A DNA stretch of 64,000 bases from an uncultured Spirochaetota bacterium (GCA_963820525.1 CAWGAA010000002.1:320001-384000), one strand, 5' to 3'; numbered from the stretch's first letter, positions 1 through 9,757 are shown. Notes: generated by a model from the letters alone, not told the origin. Numbers and translations: made by a program.

Positions 1-1
1 C

Positions 2-133
2 GAGGCCCCGTTCAAGAAAAAAGTGGCATACCGGGCGGACGAGGGAAAGCCGCCGGATCGGACGCGGGCCGAGCATGCGACGGACTTCATCGCCCTCCTG
101 AACGCGGCGGAAAAAAGGGAAATGCGGAAGTAG
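2..133 (+). CDS. 3' end of a CDS truncated by the window edge (EAPFKKKVAY...EKREMRK*), product unknown
   Basis: Open frame from base 2 to TAG at 131-133 with GC3-rich codon usage; converges on the FGGY gene. Confidence 0.5.
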   Translation, partial: EAPFKKKVAYRADEGKPPDRTRAEHATDFIALLNAAEKREMRK

Positions 134-177
134 GATGCGGACGGCGGGTGCGGCGGCGCCCTGACGGCGTCGAGCGC

Positions 178-1611
178 TCAGGTCCCCGCCAGCTTTCCGA
201 AGGTTGCGTCGAGGTCCTGGCATGCCGTCTTGAACGCGGCGAAGAGGTCCACGTAAATCACCTGGTTTCGCGTTTCAGGCAGGAAAGTCTTCTGGAACCG
301 GACCAGGCGCTCTGAAGCTTCCTGCAGGCTCTCGAACTCGCCAAGGCCGTAGAACCCGACGCACGCGTTTCCCACCAGCTCCGAGTCCTCGGCCTCGGGC
401 AGGAGAACCCGCTTGCCCGTTATATCCGCCCGGAGCTGGCACCAGAAGGGGATCCGTGACTGGCCGCCGGTGACGCGCAGGTCCGCCACCTGGCATCCGT
501 TGGATTCCATGATCTCCACGATCAGGCGCACGGCGAAGGACATGGATTCCACAACGGCACGCATCATCTCGCCGCGGCCGTGGCGCATCGTGAGGCCGAG
601 AAACCCCCCGCGCAGCAGGGGGGACCAGAGGGAGAATCTTTCGGAACCCAGGAAAGGGAGGAAAAGGAGACGCCCGGCGCCCGCCGGCACCTCCTGGACT
701 TCCTTCAACAGGGATTCCATCTCACCTTTCCTTCGGGCAAAGCTGTCGGCGGCCCACTGGAGGGCGCTTCCCGACGTGGAGAGCATCCCGGCGATGTTGA
801 ACATCCCCCGCGCGATGTGGGAATAGCACAACAGGCGCGGGTCCTTCACGGGCAGGCCCCAGCAGAGGTTCACGCCCTCCGAGGTTCCGGCGCGATCGCA
901 CGCCCTTCCCTGCTGCATTGCGGCGGTGCCGAGGATGGACATGATGAAGTCGGGCCCCCCGCAGAAAACGGGCAGGCCCGCGGGGATGCCGAGGGTCTCT
1001 TCCGCCGCCGGAGTCACGGTTCCCGCGGATTCTCCCGGCTCAAGGAACGGCGGAAACTTCTCCTGGTCCAGCCCGACGTGAGGGATGGCGCTCTCGTTCC
1101 AGAAGAACTCCTTGAGCAGCGCGTTGGGAATCACGCGGAACGCATTGCCGGTGAGAAAGAACGTGACGAACTCGGCGCAGGGAAGGAACCAGCGCGTCTT
1201 GGAGTACAACTCCGGCTTGTTGCCGCGGATCCACAGCGCCTTGGGAAGGTAGAACGATGCGTCGACGTGCGAATCCGAATACTCCCCGACGAGCTCCGCC
1301 TCCTCCGCGCCGCGCCTGTCCATCCAGGTCATGGCGAAGTCCAGCGGCTCGCCGTCCGCGTCCACGGGCACCAGGGTTGGGCCGTTCGAGCTGACAACCA
1401 CGGCGCGCGGGCGGGAGCGCTCCCGCAGCCCGAGCTGCGCGGTCACCAGCGCCATGCCGGACAGCCACGTGTTGGCGTCGCACTCGTGCCTGTCAAGCTC
1501 GCCGATGCAGGCGGGCCGCACCGGCACCTGCGCCCGCGCGAGGACCTTCCCGTCGATATCGACGACGGCGCCCTTGAGAAAGCTCGTCCCGATGTCGTAG
1601 GCGAGGATCAT
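178..1611 (-). CDS. FGGY-family carbohydrate kinase (xylulokinase-like)
   Basis: N-terminal DIGTS motif, WMDRR, GGPD, AGTS, LPFLGSER and TGG motifs; 477 aa. Confidence 0.9.
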   Translation of the reverse strand: MILAYDIGTSFLKGAVVDIDGKVLARAQVPVRPACIGELDRHECDANTWLSGMALVTAQLGLRERSRPRAVVVSSNGPTLVPVDADGEPLDFAMTWMDRRGAEEAELVGEYSDSHVDASFYLPKALWIRGNKPELYSKTRWFLPCAEFVTFFLTGNAFRVIPNALLKEFFWNESAIPHVGLDQEKFPPFLEPGESAGTVTPAAEETLGIPAGLPVFCGGPDFIMSILGTAAMQQGRACDRAGTSEGVNLCWGLPVKDPRLLCYSHIARGMFNIAGMLSTSGSALQWAADSFARRKGEMESLLKEVQEVPAGAGRLLFLPFLGSERFSLWSPLLRGGFLGLTMRHGRGEMMRAVVESMSFAVRLIVEIMESNGCQVADLRVTGGQSRIPFWCQLRADITGKRVLLPEAEDSELVGNACVGFYGLGEFESLQEASERLVRFQKTFLPETRNQVIYVDLFAAFKTACQDLDATFGKLAGT

Positions 1612-1719
1612 GGCCGCTACTATATCCGACTCCGGCTCCGCTGGCTACGTTCCACCGCCTCACGTCGTGCGTCGCCGACGGCCCCGGAGCCTTTTTGAAT
1701 CGTACTTCGAAAAGCGATA

Positions 1720-1750
1720 TTGACATTTTCCCCGGACAATACGATATTCT
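1720..1750 (+). promoter_or_regulatory. Candidate sigma70 promoter upstream of the FMN riboswitch
   Basis: TTGACA at 1720-1725; -10 is imperfect (GATATT or TATTCT, 17-19 nt spacer); lies just 5' of the aptamer. Confidence 0.5.
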
Positions 1751-1756
1751 ATTCGC

Positions 1757-1896
1757 CTTTTCTTCGAGGCAGGGAGTATTTCCCGACCGGCGGTAAGAGC
1801 CCGCAACCTCCCGCGTTTCGCGCTTTGCGTGAAACGCTCGAGTGGAGACGGTGAGATTCCGTCGCCGACAGTACAGTCTGGATGGGAGAAGGAAGG
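1757..1896 (+). ncRNA. FMN riboswitch (RFN element)
   Basis: Conserved blocks CTTCGAGGCAGGG..TTCCCGACCGGCGGT..AGCCCGC..GGTGAGATTCC..GCCGACAGT..AGTCTGGATGGGAGAAG; P1 is CTTTTCTTC (1757-1765) pairing with GAAGGAAGG (1888-1896). Confidence 0.95.
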
Positions 1897-3477
1897 TGGC
1901 AGAGGATTTAGTAATAGAGGCCAAGGGCCTCAGCTTCGCTTTTCAAAAAACTCTGATCATCGACGCTCTTTCCTTCACCGTGGAGAAGGGTCAGTTCGTC
2001 TCCTTCATCGGACCCTCCGGGTGCGGCAAGACGACGCTCCTGCACGTCATCGCCGGCATCTACAAGGGTTTTGGCGGGGGAGCTCGCCGTGCGCACGGAC
2101 AAGATCTCGTTCGTGTTCCAGCAGGATTCCCTTCTTTCCTGGCGGACCGCGCTGGGAAACGTGCTCCTCCCCTTCGAGCTTCAAGGCCTCCCCGTAACCG
2201 AGGAGCTGCGCGAAAAGGGGCGGAAGCTCCTGGCGGCGCTGGGTCTGGCCGATTATGAGGAGTACCCTCCTTCCCAGCTCTCCGGCGGGATGAAAAAAAG
2301 GGTTGAGCTCGCCCGGGCGCTCGTGACGGATCCCGAGCTGCTCATTCTGGACGAGCCCTTCTCGTCGCTGGACATCATCACGCGGGAAAAGCTCAACATC
2401 CTCATCCGCGGGATCCGCTCGATCAGCACCTGCACCGTGGTTCTCGTGACGCATTCGGTCGAGGAGGCCTGCTACCTCTCGGAGAAGATTTACGTCCTTT
2501 CCAATCTTCCCGCCCAGATCATCAACCTCAAGAGCTTGCGCAAGAACGGCGCGAAGCCCGATTTCTACCTCCTCACCCCCGAGGAGCTTGCGGCGGACAA
2601 CGAGATCAGGAAGGACGCCAAGGTGCTCTGGGCCGCCTTGAAGGAGACCAACGGCTCATCCCCGCATGAAGAGCAGCTTCCGGCGCCGCGCGCGGAGGGT
2701 CCGCTGGGCAGGCTCACCGGGTTCGTGAAGCGCCGCTACGCCGGCATTCTCGTTCCCTTCGAGCTTACGGCGATCATCGTCCTTGCGGCATTGCTCAAGA
2801 CGCATGCACACATTCCCGACTATATCTTCCCCTCGCCGTACGGGGTCTTTCTGCGCTTCCTGGATACCCTCGTTCACGGCACCATCCTGCCCGATCTCGG
2901 CATTACCGTCTACGAATCCCTGGCCGGCTTTGCCATCGCGTTCGTGCTCACGCTCCTGTTGGGCTACGGGATCGCCAAGTCGCGCCTTGCCTCCAGCCTC
3001 CTCATGCCGTACCTGATCGCGGCAAATACCATCCCGTCGGTGGCTCTCGCCCCGTTCCTCGTTCTCTGGTTCGGGTTCGGAATCACCCCGCGGATCGTCA
3101 CATCGGTCATCGTCATTTTCTTTCCCATGCTCATCAACAACGTCTCCGCAATTGGAATGGCCGGCAGGAGCATGAGAAACCTCATCGCCTTCTTCCGGCC
3201 GTCGCGCCTGCGGCGGTTTCTGTACTTCGAGCTTCCCGCCTCCCTTCCCCTCATCGCGAGCGGGGTCAAGGTCTCCATCACCCTCTCGGTGATCGGCGCC
3301 GTGGTCGGGGAGTTCGTTTCCGGCAACCGGGGCCTGGGCGCCCTGGTGGGCATCGCCAAGGCGAACTTCGACGTCGAGCTGATGTTCGTCGGGCTGTTCT
3401 GGCTCATGACCCTCGGGATCGCGTACTACATCCTGGCGGATCTCCTCTACAGGCTCGTCGCCTGGAGGATTCGATAG
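1896..3477 (+). CDS. ABC ATPase (NitT/TauT type) fused to a permease (RibX-like); frame broken by one extra base near 2066-2080
   Basis: GTG at 1896 opens a frame with Walker A GPSGCGKT. The LSGG, DEPF and THS motifs and the TM permease domain (GAVVGEF) lie in the +1 frame (ORF 2071..3477). Removing one G from the G5 run at 2076-2080 gives a continuous YKGFGGELAVRTDK and a 526-aa protein. Confidence 0.85.
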
Positions 3478-3499
3478 ACAATCAATAAGGAGGAATCAC

Positions 3500-4453
3500 A
3501 TGGAGAAACGGCTCTTCGCCGTTGCGGCGGTGCTCGCTCTCATCGCGGGGGCGCTTTTCGCGCAAGGCAGGGATAAGATCAGCCTCGCCATCGGCTACAT
3601 TCCCCACGTCCAGTTCACCCCGCTGTACGTGGGCATCGAGAAGGGGTATTACCGCGACGAGGGGGTGGACCTCGAGATCAGCTACGGCTTCGGGATCGAC
3701 ATCTTCTCCCTCCTTCAGGCGGGAAAGATCGATCTGGGGCTGTCCGACTCGGACCAGCTCATCATTTCCGGCGCGAAAGACCTGGGGCTTCAGGCCGTCT
3801 TCCAGTACTACCAGAAGTATCCCGTCTCGATCGTGGCCGCGGCCGGCGCGATAAAGTCTCCCGAGGAGCTGGCGGGAAAGATGATCGGGACTCCCGAGCT
3901 CTACGGAACTTCCTACATCGGCCTCCAGCTCTTTCTCAGGAAATACGGCCTCGCCGGCAGGGTTGATGTCGAGCGGATTGGCTATACTCAGGCGGCGACC
4001 CTTCGAAGCGGCAAGGTGGCCGCCGTAGTGTGCTTCTCCAACAACGAGCCCATCCTCCTGCGCCTGGATGGGGTGGCGATAACGCAGTGGGACGTGCGGG
4101 ATTTCTCCGACATGGTCGGGGCATCGTTCATCAGCTCGCGGGACATCATTTCGCGAAAGGGCGACGCCCTGCGCAGATTCGCGCGGGCCACCGGCAGGGC
4201 GATGGCCTTCACGGAGGCGAACACGGACGAGGCGTTCGCCATCGCGCTGAAGCAGATCGGCAACCTGAAAAAGGACGATGAGCCGTTCTTCAGAAAGGTC
4301 CTGGATGCGACCTGTCAGCTCTTCCCCAGCCCGAAAGGCTACGGGTACATAGATGCGGATACCTATCAGCGCTCCATCGAGGAACTCGTCTCCCTCGGCC
4401 TGATCAAGGAGCGGTATGGCGCGCAGAAGATCATCCACCCGCTGGGAGGGTAG
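3500..4453 (+). CDS. NMT1/THI5-like ABC substrate-binding protein, probable riboflavin-binding RibY-type
   Basis: Signal peptide, GYIPHVQFTPLYVGIEKGYY motif typical of the SsuA/THI5 family, strong SD (AAGGAGG), position under an FMN riboswitch. Confidence 0.85.
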   Translation: MEKRLFAVAAVLALIAGALFAQGRDKISLAIGYIPHVQFTPLYVGIEKGYYRDEGVDLEISYGFGIDIFSLLQAGKIDLGLSDSDQLIISGAKDLGLQAVFQYYQKYPVSIVAAAGAIKSPEELAGKMIGTPELYGTSYIGLQLFLRKYGLAGRVDVERIGYTQAATLRSGKVAAVVCFSNNEPILLRLDGVAITQWDVRDFSDMVGASFISSRDIISRKGDALRRFARATGRAMAFTEANTDEAFAIALKQIGNLKKDDEPFFRKVLDATCQLFPSPKGYGYIDADTYQRSIEELVSLGLIKERYGAQKIIHPLGG

Positions 4454-5657
4454 GGCGCTTCCCCCCGTCATCACGACCGGCGATCTGGGCTCCTACGCGA
4501 TGCGCACGATCGTGGAGCGAAAGCCCAGGATCATCGATGAGGTCATCGAGGCGAACGCGCTCGCCGGTCCACGGAGGGAGAAGCTCGAGGCTCTGCGCGA
4601 TGAGCTTCGAAACGGATCGATCGCGAACCCCCTGAACGGCGCCGGCTTTCCGCCCGGCGCGTTCGAGGAGGAGGAGCTTTCCGTCTGGGAAAGCGAAATC
4701 GCCCGCCACCAAGGGCGGTCATGGCTCCAGGTCCCCTGGTACTTCGCCGAGTCGTTCTTCTACCTCAAGCTTCTCCTGTGCACCGGCTACTATGACGGCA
4801 GGCCGGCGGCGGATCCCTTTCAGCCGCTGAAGGAGAGGGAGCTTTTCGGCCCCTCCGGCGGGATCTCCCTGGGGCGACGGCTGGCCGGGAGCCTCGCCGG
4901 ACAAACCGCGCGGGAAGACGCCTTGGAAAGGCTCCTGCATTCATCGCTTTGGGGAAACCGTGTTGACCTGAGCACATTCGACGTGGCGACGAGGGAGAGG
5001 CTGAGCCTTGAACGAGGGGGTGAGGCCGACCTTCTCATCGACGACACGTCACGTGTGGCGAAAGCGCTTCTCGGCGCTCGCCGCGTCGACATGATCCTCG
5101 ACAATGCGGGGCCGGAGCTGGTTTCGGACCTGCTCCTGGCGGACTTCCTGCTCTTCACGGTCGATGGGGCTCGCGTCGTTTTCCACTTGAAGAGAGCCCC
5201 CTACTTCGTCTCTGACGCCATGACAAAGGATGTCCAGGCAACGATCGGCGCCTTCATTTCGGATGCCGACTCGCTCTTGCGCGCGGCGGGGCTCAGGCTG
5301 AAGGAGGCGATGGATCGCGGCAGCCTCACCCTGTCCGATCATTTCTTCTGGAACGGCCCCCTTCATTTCACCGGGATGCCGGGCGGGATTCGCCGCTCGC
5401 TCGCGGAAAGCGACATTGTCCTGGTCAAGGGCGATGCAAATTACCGCAGGCTTCTGCACGACAGGATGTGGAAGACCGATGAGGTGATGGAGGAGGCGGC
5501 TTCCTCCTTCCCCGCGCCTTTCGCCGTGCTTCGGACCATGAAAAGCGAGATCGTGGTGGATCTCCCGCCGGGCAGGGCGCAAGAGCTCTCCCGCGCGGAT
5601 CCGGATTGGATGACCAACGGAAAGCGCGGAATCATCAGATACTGCAAGCCTCGCTAG
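4416..5657 (+). CDS. Damage-control phosphatase, DUF89/ARMT1 family
   Basis: WGNRVDLS, DNAG, KGDANYRR and RTMK motifs; AAGGAG SD before ATG 4416; overlaps the upstream gene by 38 nt. Confidence 0.85.
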   Translation: MARRRSSTRWEGRALPPVITTGDLGSYAMRTIVERKPRIIDEVIEANALAGPRREKLEALRDELRNGSIANPLNGAGFPPGAFEEEELSVWESEIARHQGRSWLQVPWYFAESFFYLKLLLCTGYYDGRPAADPFQPLKERELFGPSGGISLGRRLAGSLAGQTAREDALERLLHSSLWGNRVDLSTFDVATRERLSLERGGEADLLIDDTSRVAKALLGARRVDMILDNAGPELVSDLLLADFLLFTVDGARVVFHLKRAPYFVSDAMTKDVQATIGAFISDADSLLRAAGLRLKEAMDRGSLTLSDHFFWNGPLHFTGMPGGIRRSLAESDIVLVKGDANYRRLLHDRMWKTDEVMEEAASSFPAPFAVLRTMKSEIVVDLPPGRAQELSRADPDWMTNGKRGIIRYCKPR

Positions 5658-5661
5658 GGGG

Positions 5662-6237
5662 CTACTTCCTCGCCAGCATCTTCCAGCCCAGGGGCAGCGC
5701 CGCCGCCGAGAGCGCGCATTTCACCACGTCTGCGGCGACGAAGGGCAGGGCCCCCAGCACGATGGCGCTCGAAAAACCGGTGTACGCCCCGAGCCAGATC
5801 ACGCCCGGCACAAACAGGACGATGTCGGAGATGAGAAGCCCCGCGAACGCGGTCCAGCCCTTCCGATCCCAGCCCTTCTCCGAGAGAAGCCCGCAGAGGA
5901 ATGCGGCGAGGATGAATCCAATAAGGTATCCTCCCGTCGGCCCCAGCATGTGCGCGATCCCGGCGCGCCCCATGGAGAACACGGGAAGGCCGGCGGCCCC
6001 TTCCGCAAGGTAGGCGAGGACGGCTGCGGCTCCGCGCTTGCTGCCCAGAAGGGCGCCCGTGGCGAGCACCACCATGGTCTGCAGGGTCAGAGGCACCGGC
6101 GTGAAGGGCAGGGGGATCGCCACCTGCGCCGAAAGGGCTATAAGGAGAGAGAAGCCCGCGACAAGGGCCGCATCCACGAGCCGTGCGGCGGCTTTCGACG
6201 CGGGATGGACGATTTCGGCGTAGACGGGATAAGCCAT
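5662..6237 (-). CDS. bioY: Biotin transporter BioY
   Basis: PFTPVPLTLQT, GLPVF and GPTGGYLIGF signatures. Confidence 0.95.
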   Translation of the reverse strand: MAYPVYAEIVHPASKAAARLVDAALVAGFSLLIALSAQVAIPLPFTPVPLTLQTMVVLATGALLGSKRGAAAVLAYLAEGAAGLPVFSMGRAGIAHMLGPTGGYLIGFILAAFLCGLLSEKGWDRKGWTAFAGLLISDIVLFVPGVIWLGAYTGFSSAIVLGALPFVAADVVKCALSAAALPLGWKMLARK

Positions 6238-6267
6238 GCTCCACCTCCAAGGTTTTAGAATCGGGGT

Positions 6268-6296
6268 AGAGTAGCCAAGATTAGGCGGAGGATCAA
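6268..6296 (-). promoter_or_regulatory. sigma70 promoter for bioY
   Basis: TTGATC-17 nt-TACTCT on the minus strand, followed by GGAGG SD. Confidence 0.6.
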
Positions 6297-6399
6297 GGGG
6301 ATGCGTCTCAGGGCAACGCGGGGTGCGGGACCTCCGTCGTCATGACGCGGCGCGCAGTATTGACATTCGCGCCCGGCCGATCAATCCTCGATTCCCAAC

Positions 6400-7779
6400 G
6401 TGAAGGGCTATTTTACTCAACGCTTCATCCCGGTTTCGGAGCTTCCGTCGATCATGCGCAAGCACATCGCAACGGGCGCCATGGGCTCCCTCTGGGGAAA
6501 CCTCATCACCGGAATCGTGTATGTCTATTTCGGAAACGCGATCGGGATGAACAGGTTCCAGTGGGGAGTCCTTGGCGCCATCAGCGCCTGGGTGATCATG
6601 GCACAACCCATCGGAGCGATCCTCGGCGAGAGGTCGGGGTCGCGGAAGAGGGCATGGTATTGGTTCGCGGTAACGGACCGGACCCTGAGATTCCTGGGAA
6701 TTCTGGGAGCATTCCTCTTGTGGCGCGCGGGAAACCATTCCGCCCACCTCGCGTTCATGGTGGCCATCTGCGTGGGCTCGCTTCTGGGAAATATCGCGAC
6801 GCCGCCCTGGTACGGCTGGCTTGCCACCATCATTCCTCAAGAGGTTCAAGGCTCGTTCTGGGGCAGGCGGGACGCCTGGATATCGCTTGCCGTGATCGTC
6901 GTCATCCTGCCCTGCGGCTACATCATGGACCTCATCCCGGAGGGCGGGAAACTGGGGATGGCGGTGGCCATCCTCTCGGCAGCGGGGTTCATCGGCCTGG
7001 CCGATCTCGCCATCCATGGAACCATCCCGGAGCCGCCCATGGCGGCCAATCCCGCTGCGAACTCGTTCGCCAACATTCTTGGGCCCCTTCGCGACAGGGG
7101 ATTCAGGCCATGGCTCGTGTTCAACCTGTGCTGGAACTTCAGCCAGTCTCTGGGAGGAGCTCTCTGCACCCTGTATTTCATGGAGAATCTCGGGTTCAAG
7201 GACAACCTCCTCGGCGGGATGATCGCGGTCACCGCCACGGCCCTCGCCGCCGGCATGCTGACCGCCCGCCGGGGAGGCAGGCTGGTGGACAAGTGGGGCT
7301 TCCGGAGGGTCTTTTTCCTCAGCTACAGCCTCTGGACGCTCCTGCCCTTCATCTGGCTTCTTGCCACGCCGAAGACCGGAGTGTTCTGGATCGGACTGGC
7401 CAACGTGCTCTTCGGGGCTTCATCGCTTGCGGCCAACAACGCCGGGATCAAGCTCGTCACGCGGTATCCCCAACCCGGTGAGAGCGCGATGTACATGGCT
7501 GTGACCAGCAGCGTCGCCAACCTCGCGGCCGGCCTCGGCTCGCTGGCGGCAGGCGGGTTCCTGTGGATTGTGGGCGGGTGGAGCTTCGCGCTGGGCGGCC
7601 TCGTGGTGAGCGCTTTCCCCCTCTTGTTCATCATCTCCGGAGTCTTACGGGTGATAACGATCGTTACGCTCATCCCCGGCATCCCCGAGAAGGGCGCCGT
7701 GCTTATGGAACGGCGGAGGCTTCTTCTGCCGATTTTCTTCCCGCTTCTGCGCGGCGGTAAAAAGCCGCCCGAGAACTAG
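6400..7779 (+). CDS. MFS transporter
   Basis: About 12 hydrophobic segments; MFS motif A-like GERSGSRKR and GRLVDKWGFRR; GTG start. Confidence 0.85.
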   Translation: MKGYFTQRFIPVSELPSIMRKHIATGAMGSLWGNLITGIVYVYFGNAIGMNRFQWGVLGAISAWVIMAQPIGAILGERSGSRKRAWYWFAVTDRTLRFLGILGAFLLWRAGNHSAHLAFMVAICVGSLLGNIATPPWYGWLATIIPQEVQGSFWGRRDAWISLAVIVVILPCGYIMDLIPEGGKLGMAVAILSAAGFIGLADLAIHGTIPEPPMAANPAANSFANILGPLRDRGFRPWLVFNLCWNFSQSLGGALCTLYFMENLGFKDNLLGGMIAVTATALAAGMLTARRGGRLVDKWGFRRVFFLSYSLWTLLPFIWLLATPKTGVFWIGLANVLFGASSLAANNAGIKLVTRYPQPGESAMYMAVTSSVANLAAGLGSLAAGGFLWIVGGWSFALGGLVVSAFPLLFIISGVLRVITIVTLIPGIPEKGAVLMERRRLLLPIFFPLLRGGKKPPEN

Positions 7780-8651
7780 TCCTCCCCCTTTTCGTAGTTC
7801 TTGCCGTCCCAGGCGGGCGCGCGCGCGCGGCCTGCAAGGCCCGCCAGCACGACAATGGCAAGCACGTAGGGAAACATCAGCACGAACTGGTCGGGGATGG
7901 GGATCTGGGTGGCGAACACGATGCGGAACGTGTCCGCGTAGCCGAACAAAAGCGATGCCAGGACGGCTCCGATGGGGTCCCACCTGCCGAAGATCACCGC
8001 GGCAAGGGCGATGAACCCGCGCCCCGCCACCATCCCCGTGATCCACTTGGTGGGAAAGAGCGTGGCGGTGGCCAGACCGCAGAGGGCGCCGCTGATGATC
8101 ACCCCGAGGTAGCGCATGAGAAAGACATTGACGCCCAGGGTGTCGGCGGCCTCGGGGTTCTCTCCCACGCTCCGCAGGCGAAGCCCGAATCGCGTCCTGT
8201 TCAGGACGAACCACGCCAGAGGGGTGATGGGGATGAGCAGGAACGCCATGGAGCTGACGCCCAGGATCTGGGGGAAGAGGTGCGGATTGATGGCGGTCTG
8301 GGTCTCCTGCCCGAAGAAGGCCTGGCAGAGGAAGCGGGACAGCCCGATGGCGAGCACGTTGATGGCAACGCCTGAAACGATGTGATCCACCTTGAAGGTG
8401 ACCGTCGCCGCCGCGTGGATGAGCGCCATGAGGACGCCGGTGACGACGGAGATGAAGAGCCCCATCCAGATGCTCTGGAACGCGACGGCACCCCACACGA
8501 GTGTGAGGGCCGTGACCGTCATGATCCCTTCCAGGGCGATGTTCACCACGCCCCCGCGCTCCGAGAACACGGCCCCGAGCGCCGAATAGGCGATCGGGGA
8601 GGAGATCTCCAGGCCTTTCGCTATGAAGAAGACCAGGAATGAGAGGTTCAT
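7776..8651 (-). CDS. Nucleoside/simple-sugar ABC permease (BMP-associated)
   Basis: SERGGVVNIALEG, RSVGENPEAADTLG and GRGFIALAA motifs. Confidence 0.9.
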   Translation of the reverse strand: MNLSFLVFFIAKGLEISSPIAYSALGAVFSERGGVVNIALEGIMTVTALTLVWGAVAFQSIWMGLFISVVTGVLMALIHAAATVTFKVDHIVSGVAINVLAIGLSRFLCQAFFGQETQTAINPHLFPQILGVSSMAFLLIPITPLAWFVLNRTRFGLRLRSVGENPEAADTLGVNVFLMRYLGVIISGALCGLATATLFPTKWITGMVAGRGFIALAAVIFGRWDPIGAVLASLLFGYADTFRIVFATQIPIPDQFVLMFPYVLAIVVLAGLAGRARAPAWDGKNYEKGED

Positions 8652-9757
8652 TGGCGCATCTCCCTCTTTCGAAGGGCCCGCACGGCGCGGACCATGACCT
8701 CATTGATCACGACGATGAACATGATCATGAGCCCCTGGATCGCGTACGTCACCGAGTTGGGCACCTTGGTGGAAAGCTGCAGTCCGTAGCCCGCCTGCTT
8801 GAGGAAGGCGAAGAGCAGGGACGAGAAGGCAACGCCGATGGGCGAGTTCTTGGCGATGAGCGAGATGGCGATTCCATCGAACCCGAGACCCGAAGCCAGG
8901 TTGTAGGTGTAGAACCCGCGGATGGCGAAGATCTCCTGGAGGCCGATCAGCCCCGCGATTGCTCCGGAGATGACGAACGCCGCGATCTGAACCCTGCCCA
9001 CCCGGATCCCCGCGTAGTGGGAGACATCGACGGAGGTCCCCACGGCCCGAATCTCGAAGCCCTGGCGCGTGCGGAACAGCAGGAACCAGATGGCCAGGCC
9101 CATGATCAGGGCGACAATGAGACTGTAGTCGAGGTACACGTACTCCGGAACCTTCCAGCCGATGGCCCGGAACAGGCCGTTGAGCTTTCCGAAGAGCGCG
9201 GTGGGCTGGAGCTTCGGCGTCTGCGGCTCGAGGCTCGCTCCCTTTTGCAGGCCGGACAGGGGGCCGTTGATCAGGAAGTTCACCAGCGCAAGCGCCACGT
9301 TGTTGAGCATGATCGTGGTGATGACCTCGTGGATCCCGCGCACGCTCTTCAGGATGGCGGGAACCAGGGCCCAAAGCGCGCCCCCGAGCATTGCGCAGAG
9401 CACCACAACGGGGATGTGGATGGGGGCCGGAAGATGGAGGTAGATCCCCGCCAGCGCCCCCGTCATGCCGCCAATGAAGTACTGGCCTTCCACCCCGATG
9501 TTGAAGACTCCCCCGCGGAAGGCGATGGCCACGGCGAGGCCGGCCAGGTAGTAGGGAATGGAAATGGAGAGCACGGAGGCCAGCTTGGCCGCGCTGGCCA
9601 GGCTGAACTTGTAGATGGCAACGAAGGCTTTCAGGGGGCTCTCCTGCAGGACGATGACGATGAGAACAAGCACGGCCACGGATGCGAAAAACCCGATGAA
9701 AGGCGCCGTCTGCTCCAGAAAAACGTACCGGTTGAGCCTGTCCCTACGCTGTCGCAT
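8648..9757 (-). CDS. Nucleoside/simple-sugar ABC permease (BMP-associated)
   Basis: FNIGVEGQ, HEVITTIMLN and GFDGIAI motifs. Confidence 0.9.
   Translation of the reverse strand: MRQRRDRLNRYVFLEQTAPFIGFFASVAVLVLIVIVLQESPLKAFVAIYKFSLASAAKLASVLSISIPYYLAGLAVAIAFRGGVFNIGVEGQYFIGGMTGALAGIYLHLPAPIHIPVVVLCAMLGGALWALVPAILKSVRGIHEVITTIMLNNVALALVNFLINGPLSGLQKGASLEPQTPKLQPTALFGKLNGLFRAIGWKVPEYVYLDYSLIVALIMGLAIWFLLFRTRQGFEIRAVGTSVDVSHYAGIRVGRVQIAAFVISGAIAGLIGLQEIFAIRGFYTYNLASGLGFDGIAISLIAKNSPIGVAFSSLLFAFLKQAGYGLQLSTKVPNSVTYAIQGLMIMFIVVINEVMVRAVRALRKREMRQ

Noticed and set aside
2066..2072. G-GGT-TTT slippery heptamer as a programmed -1 frameshift
   Set aside because: The downstream ATPase frame needs a +1 (or -2) shift; a -1 slip leads to the wrong frame.
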